Assembly: GCA_905178155.1 (NCBI GenBank)
Contig: CAJINV010000009.1
Coordinates: 1,746,659-1,810,658 of the forward strand
Source of the DNA: Amoebophrya sp. A120
Taxonomy: Eukaryota; Protista; Dinoflagellata
Reading direction: 5' to 3'
Length of the DNA stretch: 64,000 bases
In this document: piece by piece, positions 9,900 to 20,065 of the stretch
Layout: every line of letters starts with the position of its first letter
How positions within the stretch are numbered: the stretch's first letter is position 1
Notes under the pieces: model-generated
Told to the model about the DNA's origin: nothing
The model's database searches: none
What the model saw: only the letters and a program-made list of their open reading frames with translations
Program-made: the position numbers and the translations under genes

Positions 9900-12800
9900 C
9901 TACAGGCGGAACGTGAGATCGTTCCCGAAAGTGACCTTCAGACTGCTGCGGCCGCCGTTTTGCTGGATTAGGCGGTCGCGAAGCCGCGCGCCGCCGCCCA
10001 CGCTGGTGTATTTTTGACTGGAGAACTTCCGCACAAACAAGTCCAACGCGCTCGCCCCGGCGCGCTTCACCAGGGCTTCGTCATTGTTTTTGTACAGGTG
10101 GCACTTGTTACACTTGTTGCACTTCGTCCAACTTGGGTCCCACACGTGCTGACAAAAGTGATCGTACCCCGTGACCTTGCTGTTGCACACGTAGCACATG
10201 GCCACATGGCAGTCGGGGCACCGGATCTTGTTGCAGCCGTCGCCCAGCGTGATGGGGAGCCCGCAATCCACGCACCGCCGCATCTTCTGCCTCGACATCT
10301 CTTCCTGCATGTAGTGCAGCAGTGCCTCGAGGTTCGGCACCTTAATCCGGTCCAGAAAGGGAAGCACGCAGTCCAGTCGCGAGGACGGCGTAGTTGCACT
10401 CGATGAACTAGAGGACGAAGCAGTTCCAGAACCCGTCGCGGTGGACCCAATTTCGTGAAAAACGGGGAAATAGTGCGCTTCTTGGTTGCACAGGTTGCAG
10501 ATCAGCATGCCGCAGTTAGGGTTCGTGCAACGTAAGTTCACTGGGTAAACACGAGCGGTATCCTCTGCCGCGCCACCCTCAGTTTGTGGTCCTCCCGCTG
10601 CCGTATTTTGCGAAGATTGCTGACCGCTGACGGCGGTTAGATTCATGTTCCAGCCAGTATTCGACAGCAGCGCGTTGTTTTCGAAATCCCCCAGCACCGG
10701 CAAGTTAGACCGCAGGTCGTGGGACAGTCGGGCCGTGAAATAGTGGACTTTCGCGCGTTTCTCGGGCGGGAGGAAGTACTTGGCTAGCGTGTGCCACAAC
10801 TGAGGAATGTAGATGTAGAACAGGTAGATGAAGGCGGCAATGCTGTAGAAGACGAACACTAGCCAGACGCAGAAGCCGAAAAAGTACACCACTTCCAAGA
10901 CGAAGCTGCAGAACAGGTCGTACGGCAGGGCCACGAAATCTCGGATCTTGGCCCAAGTTGCGGACACACGAGTGTGGTGGGCGGTCAGAAGAGCATTCAG
11001 CGTGGAAAACAGATCGAAAATCTGGTAGTTTCCGCCGTCCGAGTGCGGTTCTTGATGGTCGTCCAAGCTCAGCTTGACAGACTGGTTCCCTGGCATGGTT
11101 TCCTTTGTCAGCCGGTACGCATTTTCATTCAGGTCCTCGAGCAATTGTGCGTGGTACGCTCCCGCTCGGACCTTGCTCGCGGAGAGCAATTGTATGTCGT
11201 CCGGTCCTCGAGTAGTTCCAGTTGTGTCTTGATCGTACAACATCGCTCCTTGTTGTATTCTTTCACCAACATACGACCACCCGGGGCTGCTGGAGGATTC
11301 CTCCGTCGCGATCCAGGAGGTCCACAGGACGAAGCGCATGAGTCTGAACACGGTGGAAAAAATCGGGTAAACGAAGCCGCTCCAAAGTCTGCCGGGCAGC
11401 GCGAGGAAGTACCCGCAGAGGAGGTAACACACCAAGATGTCGTAGAACAGGTACCAAGTGCGGTGGGCAAGGAAGGAGAACGGGGGAATGTACACCAGTA
11501 GGTAGACGGTGAGGTAGACGGCGAGAAGGAAAGGCACTGTGTACTTGAAGAAATCCCAATTCGTCAGGACGTCCTGGTACACCAGATTCGCGACGGGCGC
11601 CGGTGGTACGGCCTGGTGGCCGCAAAACGGGCAGGAATGCACGTTGGACAGCTCCGGCGGGGGCAGCACTTCTTCGCAAAACAGACTCAGCGCATCTATC
11701 GAAGAAGATGCGCTGCCAGGAGCTGTGGGTGTAGTTTCTGGAGGAGGTGCAGCTGCTGGCGCTCCTGCTTGCGCGACGTCGGGTTGACCCCCTTCTCTGT
11801 GGCGCAGCGCGTTGTTCATCTCCCGCCTCGCAGCGCGCCGGGCTCGAGCGTTAGCTAGGGCGTCGCCAATCTCGATTAGGAGGGGGAACCGCGCATGCAA
11901 GCGTTCCTCGAGGTTGTTGCACAGCTGCAAGAGGCGAGCGCGCAGGTGGCGCAGCTGCCGAAGAAGGTACTTCAAGCCTCGCTGTACCACAGCCCATGAG
12001 GCTCCCAGCCGGCACGTGCGAACGAACAGGTTGCAGGCGAAGGAAAACGTGGACCAGAAAAACCGCATCTCCTCGGCGTCAATGTTTAAGTGATCTTTTC
12101 GGACGACGTCTTTCACTTGCTTCATGATCTTTTGAAAGTACTGCCGTCGGTGCACCGACTGCTGCTTCCGGCTCTTGTTTGCCTGCAGCAAATGCAAACG
12201 CTGCCACCAATTTTGCAGCTGTCTGATGGAATTGTTGGTCTTCAGGGAATGAGACGCAGATGACAGCACTGTGAATTTCAATTTTTCCGATTTTTTGGTG
12301 GTCGTCCTTGTGTCTGGTCGGCGGGTGCTCACGTCTACCGCTGTTGGCGGCGTAGCTGCGTCTGGCGGAAACAGAAACGCCACGGGATCCTCGTTTGCAT
12401 GGTCTGCTTCTCCTTGAGCAGGTCGAGCATGCCTATCCGGCGACCTCGGCGACGAGGGCCCTCTGGTTGGCGAAGTATCATCGCCAGCAGCGTCCAACTC
12501 TTCCAGGCTTTGCAGCGAATCCAAGGTGAAACACCCGGGGCAATCGCTAAATTCCTCGCCCGCCTGGGGACACAGCAAGCGCTGCGCGGCCGCGTTCCGC
12601 TGGATGATTTTCGTGCCATATTCGCCGCTGACGAGCTGTTGAATGTACTTCTTCACACACGGCTTGCAATACACATGCGTGCCCTCGGTGCAGGTGATGC
12701 AGTCGGATGCCGTCAACTCGTCGTCGAAGCAGAACCCGCAGGTCCAGAAATTTTCGTCCGAGCTCTTCCGGTGCCGTGCTTCGCCTTCAAAGTTCAGCTT

Positions 12801-15518
12801 GCGATCGAGCTCCAAGGCGGCGCTTTTGTCCTCCTCCAGTTGCTTCGCTCTCCATTTCCGCTGCAGTTCCGGCGGCGCGTTTCGCAGCCGCTCGTTCGCT
12901 TGCCGCTGGGCGTTGGTCAGATTGTCGCTTTTCGACGGTGAAGTGGAATAAGAGGGCTTGATGGTACTACTATTGTTGTAGTTGCGCGAGGACGAGGCAG
13001 CTGCGGACGCGCTGCCGGGGAGACACGACGAGGAGGTGCTGCTTTTGCTTCTACCTCCAGAAGCGCTTACCACAGCATTCGTGCGCCGCCTTACCGTCAT
13101 TTCTGTTTCTCCGCCGGGACTATTTCTAGACTGATCCTCGCGAGCGAAAGACGGCGACGCGGATGAGCTGCTGGTCGTGGCGCTGTCCATTCTAGCAGTG
13201 GTTGAAGCTGGTGCTGCATCTGGCGCTGCGTCGTCCTGCCCGTCGACGAGCTCGCTTTCGGGGTCTCCGCCGAACAGCATGCGGCCCATGATTGTGAAGA
13301 AGTTGTTGTTCGCCGCTTCTCTTTCCTCCAGCACCTCGGTTTTCCGCTTTCGCAGGAACGACAGGTTTTCCGCCTCGAAAATGGGCTCTAGATCCCAGTC
13401 CTTGCAAACCAGGCAGTAGTTGAACTCCTTCAGGATCTGCCGAAGCCGTTTCACCGGAATGTGGCTGTACTCCTGCTGACACCAGCGCAAAACTTTCTTC
13501 TCCTCACTGCCGCTCTTGAAGCCGTGCTGATTCAAGTCTAGGGGGAGTCGGTTTCTGGTGCTCGTCTCCTTCGCGAAGTTCAACTGGTCGATTTTTCCCT
13601 GCAAAAATTCCACCTGCTCATCCCGGTCCACGCTGTTCAGCCGCCCGCGAAACAGAAACTGGCGCAGGTTCGAGTCCGCGCGGTTCTTGGCGCGGAACTC
13701 GTTTTGCTCGGCCGCGGTCTGGAAATAGAGGCTGGCGTGGTCCACCTCTTCTTGCAGAAGCAAGGACGTGACGACCGGCATCGTCGAACTGGCGCTGATG
13801 GCTTCTTTCAGGTGCTGGATCTTCACCAACGGGAAGAGTCGTGCCAGATATCCGAGTTTATCGTTGTTCGAAGACAAATTTTCCGCGAGCATGCTGTCCA
13901 GTTTCACGATGATGTGGCGGTGGCAGTAGCGCGAAAACATGGAGAAGGTGGTCAGCAGAGAAACATCATTGCGGGTTTGAATAAAGTCCCGCAGCGGGTC
14001 GGCAGCGTCCCTCAGCGTTTCGACGAGGTCTTCCACAGCGTGCTGAGATTGGCTCGGGGTCCTCGCGCTAACACGAGTGTTTACTTTAGCAGGTGAGGTG
14101 GCTGCTATTGCATCTTCTTGTGGAGCAGCGCGTTTACTATTCGGTGAAGCGATCCCACCTTCCTTTTTGCCCACCGATGGCAGCAACGCTCTCTGTATTC
14201 GTGCCGGGTCGTCTACGTGCTTGCAGAAATGTAGGCCAAGGTAATGTTGACTATGAGCTCCTTGTCCACCGTCGACATTTATGACCGCAAACGAATACAC
14301 GCAGGCCATGACGGAAATGCCGTCATCGAAGTCGACGCGCCTTGAGCAGGCGCCGCACCACGGAATTTCGGCTTCGTCTGCGTCCCAGGTGCGGGAGAGA
14401 TTTTTCATCTTTCCGTCGTCCAATTTCACGGCGAAGTCGAAGTCGGATTCTAGAAACCACTGGCGCTCAAGCGCGCTCAGCTGCTCGCTCGTTTTGCTGC
14501 TTTTGTAATTCCGCGGAATGGAGCCCTGCAGCCGGCACGGCTTCGCCCGGGGCGGCCAGAAGAACTGGGCGCAGGACTGCAGGCTCAGGGCGAGGTAGTG
14601 CAAATCGTCTACCTTCGTGGGCCCGTCGTTGAAGCTTTGCAAGGTTTTGGCCGATTCTAACACTGCGGCGCTGTCGTCGTCCAGCATTACCGACAGCGGG
14701 GAGTAGGTCTGGCTCTGGTCTTGTTCCTCACGAGGTTGTACATCGTCTTTGGCTAGACGTATTTCCTCGCTCTGCACCTGCGAACGCGCTGATAAATCTA
14801 CCGCTGCGCGCCTGTGTGGAGTTGAAGTTGTGCCACCAGATCGGGATGAGCTCGTGCCAAGCTTTTGGCTAGTAGGTGATGGCGGTCCTCGGGGCGGGGC
14901 GACCACAGCGGGGTTGATTAGCCAGCCTGTTGGCCTGCAAGCCTTGAGGAGGTTTTTAGAAAAAAAATCCCTCTCTGGCGTGCCAGTCGTGGGAAGGGGG
15001 TCGTTGTTTGGCTCAGCATCAACACCACCACTTCGAGCGCCGTCCGGGGCTTGAAAAATTGGAATATCAGCGGTCAGTCTGTCTTGATTCTCTGCAGCTC
15101 TGCCCAAGAAGCTCTGCAAATGCTTCAGCCGCTCGTCCACAATGGCCGTCGTTCGGTCGTCTTTCTTCAGTGCAAGAAGCCTCTCGCGTGCGGCCAAAGC
15201 ACTATCAGCATCGGCGTTGCCCCTTCTGGCACCTCCTTCGACGTTTCCGTAAAGCCAGTCTGCAGCGCCAACACGTTGCTGCTTTTCTTGTTCTTTTTTC
15301 TTCTCGTGCGCGGAAAGTGCTAGCACGTCGGCGTTCTTGTGTGCCACGTCGTTCTGGGTGTAGGCGTGCACAGCGTGATAGATTGCGGACTTTTCCAGGT
15401 CCGGGTAGTAGTAATTCCGGTAAAATTCGTAAAGTTGCTTCTCATGCGGTGTACAAAATTGCATGGCTGCCTCCACATCCACGGGCGAGCCGCTCTCGCG
15501 GCTGCCGGAGTTACCCAT
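9900..15518 (-). CDS. RBR (RING-IBR-RING) E3 ubiquitin ligase, RNF216/TRIAD3-like, with transmembrane insert
   Basis: 1872-aa ORF. RING1 is CGFC...CTEGTHVYCKPC...CP. IBR is CPFC / CTNPNC..ICNLC...H. RING2 is RRCVDCGLPITLGDGCNKIRCPDCHVAMCYVC followed by YDHFCQH. The N-terminus MGNSGS fits an N-myristoylation motif. Confidence 0.9.
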   Translation of the reverse strand: MGNSGSRESGSPVDVEAAMQFCTPHEKQLYEFYRNYYYPDLEKSAIYHAVHAYTQNDVAHKNADVLALSAHEKKKEQEKQQRVGAADWLYGNVEGGARRGNADADSALAARERLLALKKDDRTTAIVDERLKHLQSFLGRAAENQDRLTADIPIFQAPDGARSGGVDAEPNNDPLPTTGTPERDFFSKNLLKACRPTGWLINPAVVAPPRGPPSPTSQKLGTSSSRSGGTTSTPHRRAAVDLSARSQVQSEEIRLAKDDVQPREEQDQSQTYSPLSVMLDDDSAAVLESAKTLQSFNDGPTKVDDLHYLALSLQSCAQFFWPPRAKPCRLQGSIPRNYKSSKTSEQLSALERQWFLESDFDFAVKLDDGKMKNLSRTWDADEAEIPWCGACSRRVDFDDGISVMACVYSFAVINVDGGQGAHSQHYLGLHFCKHVDDPARIQRALLPSVGKKEGGIASPNSKRAAPQEDAIAATSPAKVNTRVSARTPSQSQHAVEDLVETLRDAADPLRDFIQTRNDVSLLTTFSMFSRYCHRHIIVKLDSMLAENLSSNNDKLGYLARLFPLVKIQHLKEAISASSTMPVVTSLLLQEEVDHASLYFQTAAEQNEFRAKNRADSNLRQFLFRGRLNSVDRDEQVEFLQGKIDQLNFAKETSTRNRLPLDLNQHGFKSGSEEKKVLRWCQQEYSHIPVKRLRQILKEFNYCLVCKDWDLEPIFEAENLSFLRKRKTEVLEEREAANNNFFTIMGRMLFGGDPESELVDGQDDAAPDAAPASTTARMDSATTSSSSASPSFAREDQSRNSPGGETEMTVRRRTNAVVSASGGRSKSSTSSSCLPGSASAAASSSRNYNNSSTIKPSYSTSPSKSDNLTNAQRQANERLRNAPPELQRKWRAKQLEEDKSAALELDRKLNFEGEARHRKSSDENFWTCGFCFDDELTASDCITCTEGTHVYCKPCVKKYIQQLVSGEYGTKIIQRNAAAQRLLCPQAGEEFSDCPGCFTLDSLQSLEELDAAGDDTSPTRGPSSPRSPDRHARPAQGEADHANEDPVAFLFPPDAATPPTAVDVSTRRPDTRTTTKKSEKLKFTVLSSASHSLKTNNSIRQLQNWWQRLHLLQANKSRKQQSVHRRQYFQKIMKQVKDVVRKDHLNIDAEEMRFFWSTFSFACNLFVRTCRLGASWAVVQRGLKYLLRQLRHLRARLLQLCNNLEERLHARFPLLIEIGDALANARARRAARREMNNALRHREGGQPDVAQAGAPAAAPPPETTPTAPGSASSSIDALSLFCEEVLPPPELSNVHSCPFCGHQAVPPAPVANLVYQDVLTNWDFFKYTVPFLLAVYLTVYLLVYIPPFSFLAHRTWYLFYDILVCYLLCGYFLALPGRLWSGFVYPIFSTVFRLMRFVLWTSWIATEESSSSPGWSYVGERIQQGAMLYDQDTTGTTRGPDDIQLLSASKVRAGAYHAQLLEDLNENAYRLTKETMPGNQSVKLSLDDHQEPHSDGGNYQIFDLFSTLNALLTAHHTRVSATWAKIRDFVALPYDLFCSFVLEVVYFFGFCVWLVFVFYSIAAFIYLFYIYIPQLWHTLAKYFLPPEKRAKVHYFTARLSHDLRSNLPVLGDFENNALLSNTGWNMNLTAVSGQQSSQNTAAGGPQTEGGAAEDTARVYPVNLRCTNPNCGMLICNLCNQEAHYFPVFHEIGSTATGSGTASSSSSSSATTPSSRLDCVLPFLDRIKVPNLEALLHYMQEEMSRQKMRRCVDCGLPITLGDGCNKIRCPDCHVAMCYVCNSKVTGYDHFCQHVWDPSWTKCNKCNKCHLYKNNDEALVKRAGASALDLFVRKFSSQKYTSVGGGARLRDRLIQQNGGRSSLKVTFGNDLTFRL

Positions 15519-16195
15519 GGCTTATGTATGGTTTGAAGGACAAAATCTTCTAGCTGCCGGTGGCGATAAACATGTCGTGATTCATATGCTTATGATCATT
15601 TTCAACAAAAAAACCTGTGTAGGTACTACTGTGAGATGTTGATAAAGCAGTAGAGAGACATGTCGATGGTGTGCTTCAAGCTTCGTCTACTACAGATCCC
15701 GAACGGAAAACTACAGAACCACTTATAGACTCCGGCTTCAGGAGGTCCAGCTCGTAATCGCGAAAGCGAAAGTTTCGAAAGCGTTTCACTTTCAAGATGA
15801 AAACGAAATAAGTCATAGACACCATGAGTGTAGGTCCAGGTAGTGTGACAGACACATCAAGTACAAAGGTCGTAAGCGCGACCTGGTCTTCATCAAAATG
15901 ATTTATAAATCAAAGATATACAATTACGTGGAAGATAATGAAGGAAAGAGCCATCGTGTAGGGGTCCCTGGTAAGGAAATAGGAACTCATGCTCTTACAC
16001 CGCAACCTGTAGTGAGGACGATCAACTCAAAGCCAGAGCCAAACAAGCAGATAAATATAGATAACATCATTGCGACAAAGACATGATCACGATTTCGATA
16101 CTTGCTGTTTCGAAGCGAGAGTGCTGCTCAGCGAACAAATAAAACTTTTGGACCCATCACGGATGCTTACAGTCGTAAACCAAAACCATTATTAT

Positions 16196-19100
16196 ACTAC
16201 TACTACTACAACTGTTTCATCGCGTGGTCTGAAATTCTTGACTCCTCTGTTTTCTTGCCTGCGATGTACAGCGTATTGCTATCCTTTTTTGCCCGTGGCG
16301 GGCCTCACTTCAGGTAATGGGCTAGGCGGTGTTCCAGGTCCCTGTGTGTCTGTCCTTCTGAAAAATGACACCCAGCACCGTCGCTTCTTCCATTCCCGAA
16401 TTCTCACAGAAATTAAAACTACTGACGCGGAAGCTTACTGAGCCTTGTTCCGATTGCGCTGTGAGGTTGTACTTGGACCTGGGCCGCTTTGTCCACACTT
16501 TCCCGCTGATTTGTGCTATTGTTTCCCTTGCTTTTTCCTCCTGTTCTTGTCTCTGCTGCTCCAGTCGTTGTCTTCGCTCCTGCTCCATCGCCGTGCGTTT
16601 TGTGGTTTTTGGTTGTCCTGCTTTCTGTCCTTTTGCTCTCTTTTTCGGCTGTATCTTCCTCTTTGCGTTCAGCGTCGCCCGGATTGCTATCCCGGTCGGC
16701 TTTTGTTCCTTGATTAATTCCAGCGTTAGCCCAAAGGCCTCGAGGTCTTGCTTTATCTGTCGACCCCGCGGCGTGTTTTTGTGGATTTCTTTCTCTATTC
16801 TGCCTACTGACCCTTCTTTCCAGTCGCCCCTGCAGGCGTGCGCCACCCAAGCAATCCGCTTGCCCTGCACTTCGTCTTCTATGAGCTGCACCCCCAGCTC
16901 TTCGCATAGTTCTGCCCTTGACCGGTCTTCGTTCCGGTAATGCCCCCCCAGGATCTGGCGGAGCGCGTTGTGCTGGAATTTGCGCAGTGCTGTGTCGCCC
17001 GCCGGCGACAGCGACCACGCTTCTGCGTTGTATAGCACTACACTAAGAGACAGGGATCTATACAGTTCGGCTTTCAAATGCGGGGGGAGGCTGCGATCCC
17101 GCCAAATTGGCTGCAGCTGTTTGACTACTCCCGTGGCTATCCCGCAGCGCCGCGCAACTTCTGTGTCTGTGGTGCCGTCTTGCGCCACCTCTGTTCCTAG
17201 GTACTTGAAGGAGGGAACGGCCTCGACCTCCCTGCCGTTGTGCCTTAGTTTGCGCGCGTGTTGTGGCTTTGTTGCTTTTGGCTTGCTTTTCTTCTTTTGC
17301 TCTATGAGCCTGCAGGTTCTTAGTGTGCGGAGCTCCTTCACGGTCTTGTTCGGGCGACAGAAACCCGTCGCCTGGTGGAACAAGAGCGCAGTTTCGTCTG
17401 GCAAAATGTCACCGCACTTTTCGCAGACGAACTCGTTGCGAGCCTCCAAGACGTGCTTCTTCCTACCTAATCGCATCAGCCGGATGCTTTCGCCGTCCTG
17501 GGTGGTAGCCCAACCTGACATCTTGGATGCGATCGCCGTTACCCCGGAGGCGGGGTCGTCCCAAACTATTAGGTGTGTGGGCGCCAGGCCGTTGTAGGAC
17601 TGGCTTGCGGGCGGGAGGCGGTCCGCCTCTCGTCTCCACTCGTCGGCCCAATCTACGCCGCTCCAGTCTATCATCCACCCCTCCGCACCGTCTAGGGCGC
17701 ATCTCTCCATCATTGCTTCTGGATTTTTCCTGCTTTCTGCTTCTGGATTTACTGCCATCAGCTTTGTTTTCTTGACATTCAAATCAAGCCCCACGAAGCG
17801 GCAGGCGCTTGCTAGCTCCCCCAGCGCAAACTCCGCCTCGTTTCTGCAGTTGCTTTTGATTACCAGGTCGTCCACGTACCCCAGCCACCGAAGTGCCTGG
17901 TCTTCTGCTTCCTCCCTGGTCCAAAATTCTTCTTCCACCATGGTGGCAACGAATTGCTTCATTGCCCAGTCGACGCAGATGATGAACAGAAGCGGGGACA
18001 GGGCGCTGCCCTGCCTTATCCCGCACTTCTGCTTGAATTCTGCAGCAAATTTCTCTTCCCCGAGCCGGATCTTGATCCGGGCGTTTCTGTCGTACATGTC
18101 GCGGAGTATGCGACAGATGTTCTCCGGCATCCCCTGCTGCCGGCAAATCCGGTGCAGCACCGGCCATGATAGAGAGTCGAACGCCTTCGCAAAATCAATA
18201 AAGGTGTACAGGGCCCGCCGACCCTGCTTATTGCTGGACTCAATATCTCGCAGGAGCTGGAAGACCGCATGTCTCGTCGATAGGCCCCGCCGGCAGCCTT
18301 TTTGCCTTGTGTCGAGGCACTTGCTGGCGCCTTTTTCAATCCGGCGGAGTATTACCAGGCTTACTAGTTTCTCCCCGAGCGAGATCAATGCGATGGGGCG
18401 GTAGTTTTTTGGGTCGGCCCTGATCCCGTCCTTGTGGAGCATGGCAATCACGGCCTCGCCCCATTCAGGGGGTAAGTCGTCCCCTCTGAATATGCGGCGG
18501 ACCAGGGCGACCAGGACTGCTTGAACAGTCGGGCACTCTCGTGCGAACTCAGCGGGGATCGGACCCGCAAAGGCCCGGCCGCTTTTTAGCTCGCGGAGCG
18601 CAGCTACTACTTCCTCCTGCGAGGGGACTGCCTCGAGCCCCTCGCACCAGTCTTCTTCCGGCTCGCTTTTTTGAATTTGTTCTTCGCACCGCTTCCAGGT
18701 GCGCGTTTGCCGGACACACTCCGGCGCTATTGGTCGTTCTTTTCCAAAAATATCCCCCCAGAATTCTGTCCAAATTCTGGCGGGCCCCGGCAGCTCTTGC
18801 TGTCGCCCTCTTGCCCGCCCGGCAAGTTGGCGCACTGTTTCGTATACTACTCTCGTGTTCCCCGAGTCGTCTGCCCGCTTTAGTGTCTGTATTTTCTCCT
18901 CGACCCACCGCTGCTTGTCCGCTTTTACCAGTTTGTTGATTTCCCGGGTGAGTCGCGCCACCTTCTGCTTTTTCCCTTTCGCGGTCTTCCTCTCCCCGAT
19001 CTTCTTCCAGGTCTCTTCTGAGATCCAGGGCTTCTGTGGGCCCGCAGGCGCGAGTTTTCTTAGTCGCTCCAGGGTTGAAACAAGGTCGGTCTCGAATCGT

Positions 19101-20065
19101 TTCCACCATTCGGCGGCACTAGTGTCACCGCGCTCCATGTCTTCGATGACTGCAGGGGTGTACTTTTTTGCAAGTCTGCTGTCGGCCTCTTGTGCTTTTT
19201 CTCTGCTCCGGACCACTCCTGGTGGTATTTTCCTCTTCGCCGGCTTCTTTATAGCGCTGATCTTCATCTCCAGCGTCACCAGGCGGTGATCGCTGGAGAT
19301 GTTTGTTTTTTCCACCACCTGCATCTTTTGGAACAACCCCCGGTCCCGGTGCGACACCAGGACCCTATCATATTCCCGCTGCCTGCGCCCCTCTGCTTTC
19401 CAAGACCCTTCGAAGGTGAGCCGCTTCCGCCACTGTTTGCGGCACAGACTTGACAGGTCTGTAAGCTGGCATGCTGCTGCCATGGCATGCAGTCTGTCTC
19501 GGTTGTCGGACTCCAGTGCGAAACTGCTGTGCAGCCCGCATCTGCCGACGACGTAACTCAGGTTCGACTCTATTAGTTCGAGCTCCGGGCCCCCAAGCTC
19601 GCAGTTGTGGTCGCCGCCCACTACAATAATGTCATGCCTGCTGTGCTGCTCGATGTCGTCCTTCAACATTTTGTAGTAGGCGTCTTTTTTCTCCGGGCTG
19701 GCGGTGTTGGTCGGCGCGTAAACACTGTATAGATGTACCAGCTTCCCGTAGAAACTCCGTATCGTAATCCGCATCATGCGCTCCTGCTGCGCTTCGGAAA
19801 CTGTTACTACTTTGATGTTTGCCCGCACCAGCACAATGGTGCCGCCGATTGCTGCGCCAGTGCTGTTCGGCACTGCCCCGCCGCCGTAGGCTTTGTAGCC
19901 GCCGGGCCACAACTCTCCCACTAGCCACGCGCGAACGCGCGTCTCCTGCAGGAGAACTACGTCCAGCCGCTGTGCCTGCGCGTCTTTGATGAGCATCAAA
20001 AGCTCCGGGGACCATCTGTTCCTGCTTTCTTCTCGTGTGCCAAGTGTCCGGACGTTAAATTAATT
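16196..20065 (-). mobile_element. RTE-like non-LTR retrotransposon, 5'-truncated
   Basis: 14-bp TSD AAAACCATTATTAT at 16182-16195 and 20066-20079. (GTA)n 3' tail at 16196-16209. Single endonuclease-RT ORF. Confidence 0.93.
16322..20059 (-). CDS. APE endonuclease + reverse transcriptase ORF of the LINE
   Basis: APE motifs FNVRTL, LQETR, SVYAPT, GDHN, SDHRLV. RT motifs NYRPIAL, FIDFAKAFDS, GIRQGSALSPLLF, YVDD, FKYLG. The frame is open to 20059 but has no upstream start. Confidence 0.95.
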   Translation of the reverse strand, partial: FNVRTLGTREESRNRWSPELLMLIKDAQAQRLDVVLLQETRVRAWLVGELWPGGYKAYGGGAVPNSTGAAIGGTIVLVRANIKVVTVSEAQQERMMRITIRSFYGKLVHLYSVYAPTNTASPEKKDAYYKMLKDDIEQHSRHDIIVVGGDHNCELGGPELELIESNLSYVVGRCGLHSSFALESDNRDRLHAMAAACQLTDLSSLCRKQWRKRLTFEGSWKAEGRRQREYDRVLVSHRDRGLFQKMQVVEKTNISSDHRLVTLEMKISAIKKPAKRKIPPGVVRSREKAQEADSRLAKKYTPAVIEDMERGDTSAAEWWKRFETDLVSTLERLRKLAPAGPQKPWISEETWKKIGERKTAKGKKQKVARLTREINKLVKADKQRWVEEKIQTLKRADDSGNTRVVYETVRQLAGRARGRQQELPGPARIWTEFWGDIFGKERPIAPECVRQTRTWKRCEEQIQKSEPEEDWCEGLEAVPSQEEVVAALRELKSGRAFAGPIPAEFARECPTVQAVLVALVRRIFRGDDLPPEWGEAVIAMLHKDGIRADPKNYRPIALISLGEKLVSLVILRRIEKGASKCLDTRQKGCRRGLSTRHAVFQLLRDIESSNKQGRRALYTFIDFAKAFDSLSWPVLHRICRQQGMPENICRILRDMYDRNARIKIRLGEEKFAAEFKQKCGIRQGSALSPLLFIICVDWAMKQFVATMVEEEFWTREEAEDQALRWLGYVDDLVIKSNCRNEAEFALGELASACRFVGLDLNVKKTKLMAVNPEAESRKNPEAMMERCALDGAEGWMIDWSGVDWADEWRREADRLPPASQSYNGLAPTHLIVWDDPASGVTAIASKMSGWATTQDGESIRLMRLGRKKHVLEARNEFVCEKCGDILPDETALLFHQATGFCRPNKTVKELRTLRTCRLIEQKKKSKPKATKPQHARKLRHNGREVEAVPSFKYLGTEVAQDGTTDTEVARRCGIATGVVKQLQPIWRDRSLPPHLKAELYRSLSLSVVLYNAEAWSLSPAGDTALRKFQHNALRQILGGHYRNEDRSRAELCEELGVQLIEDEVQGKRIAWVAHACRGDWKEGSVGRIEKEIHKNTPRGRQIKQDLEAFGLTLELIKEQKPTGIAIRATLNAKRKIQPKKRAKGQKAGQPKTTKRTAMEQERRQRLEQQRQEQEEKARETIAQISGKVWTKRPRSKYNLTAQSEQGSVSFRVSSFNFCENSGMEEATVLGVIFQKDRHTGTWNTA

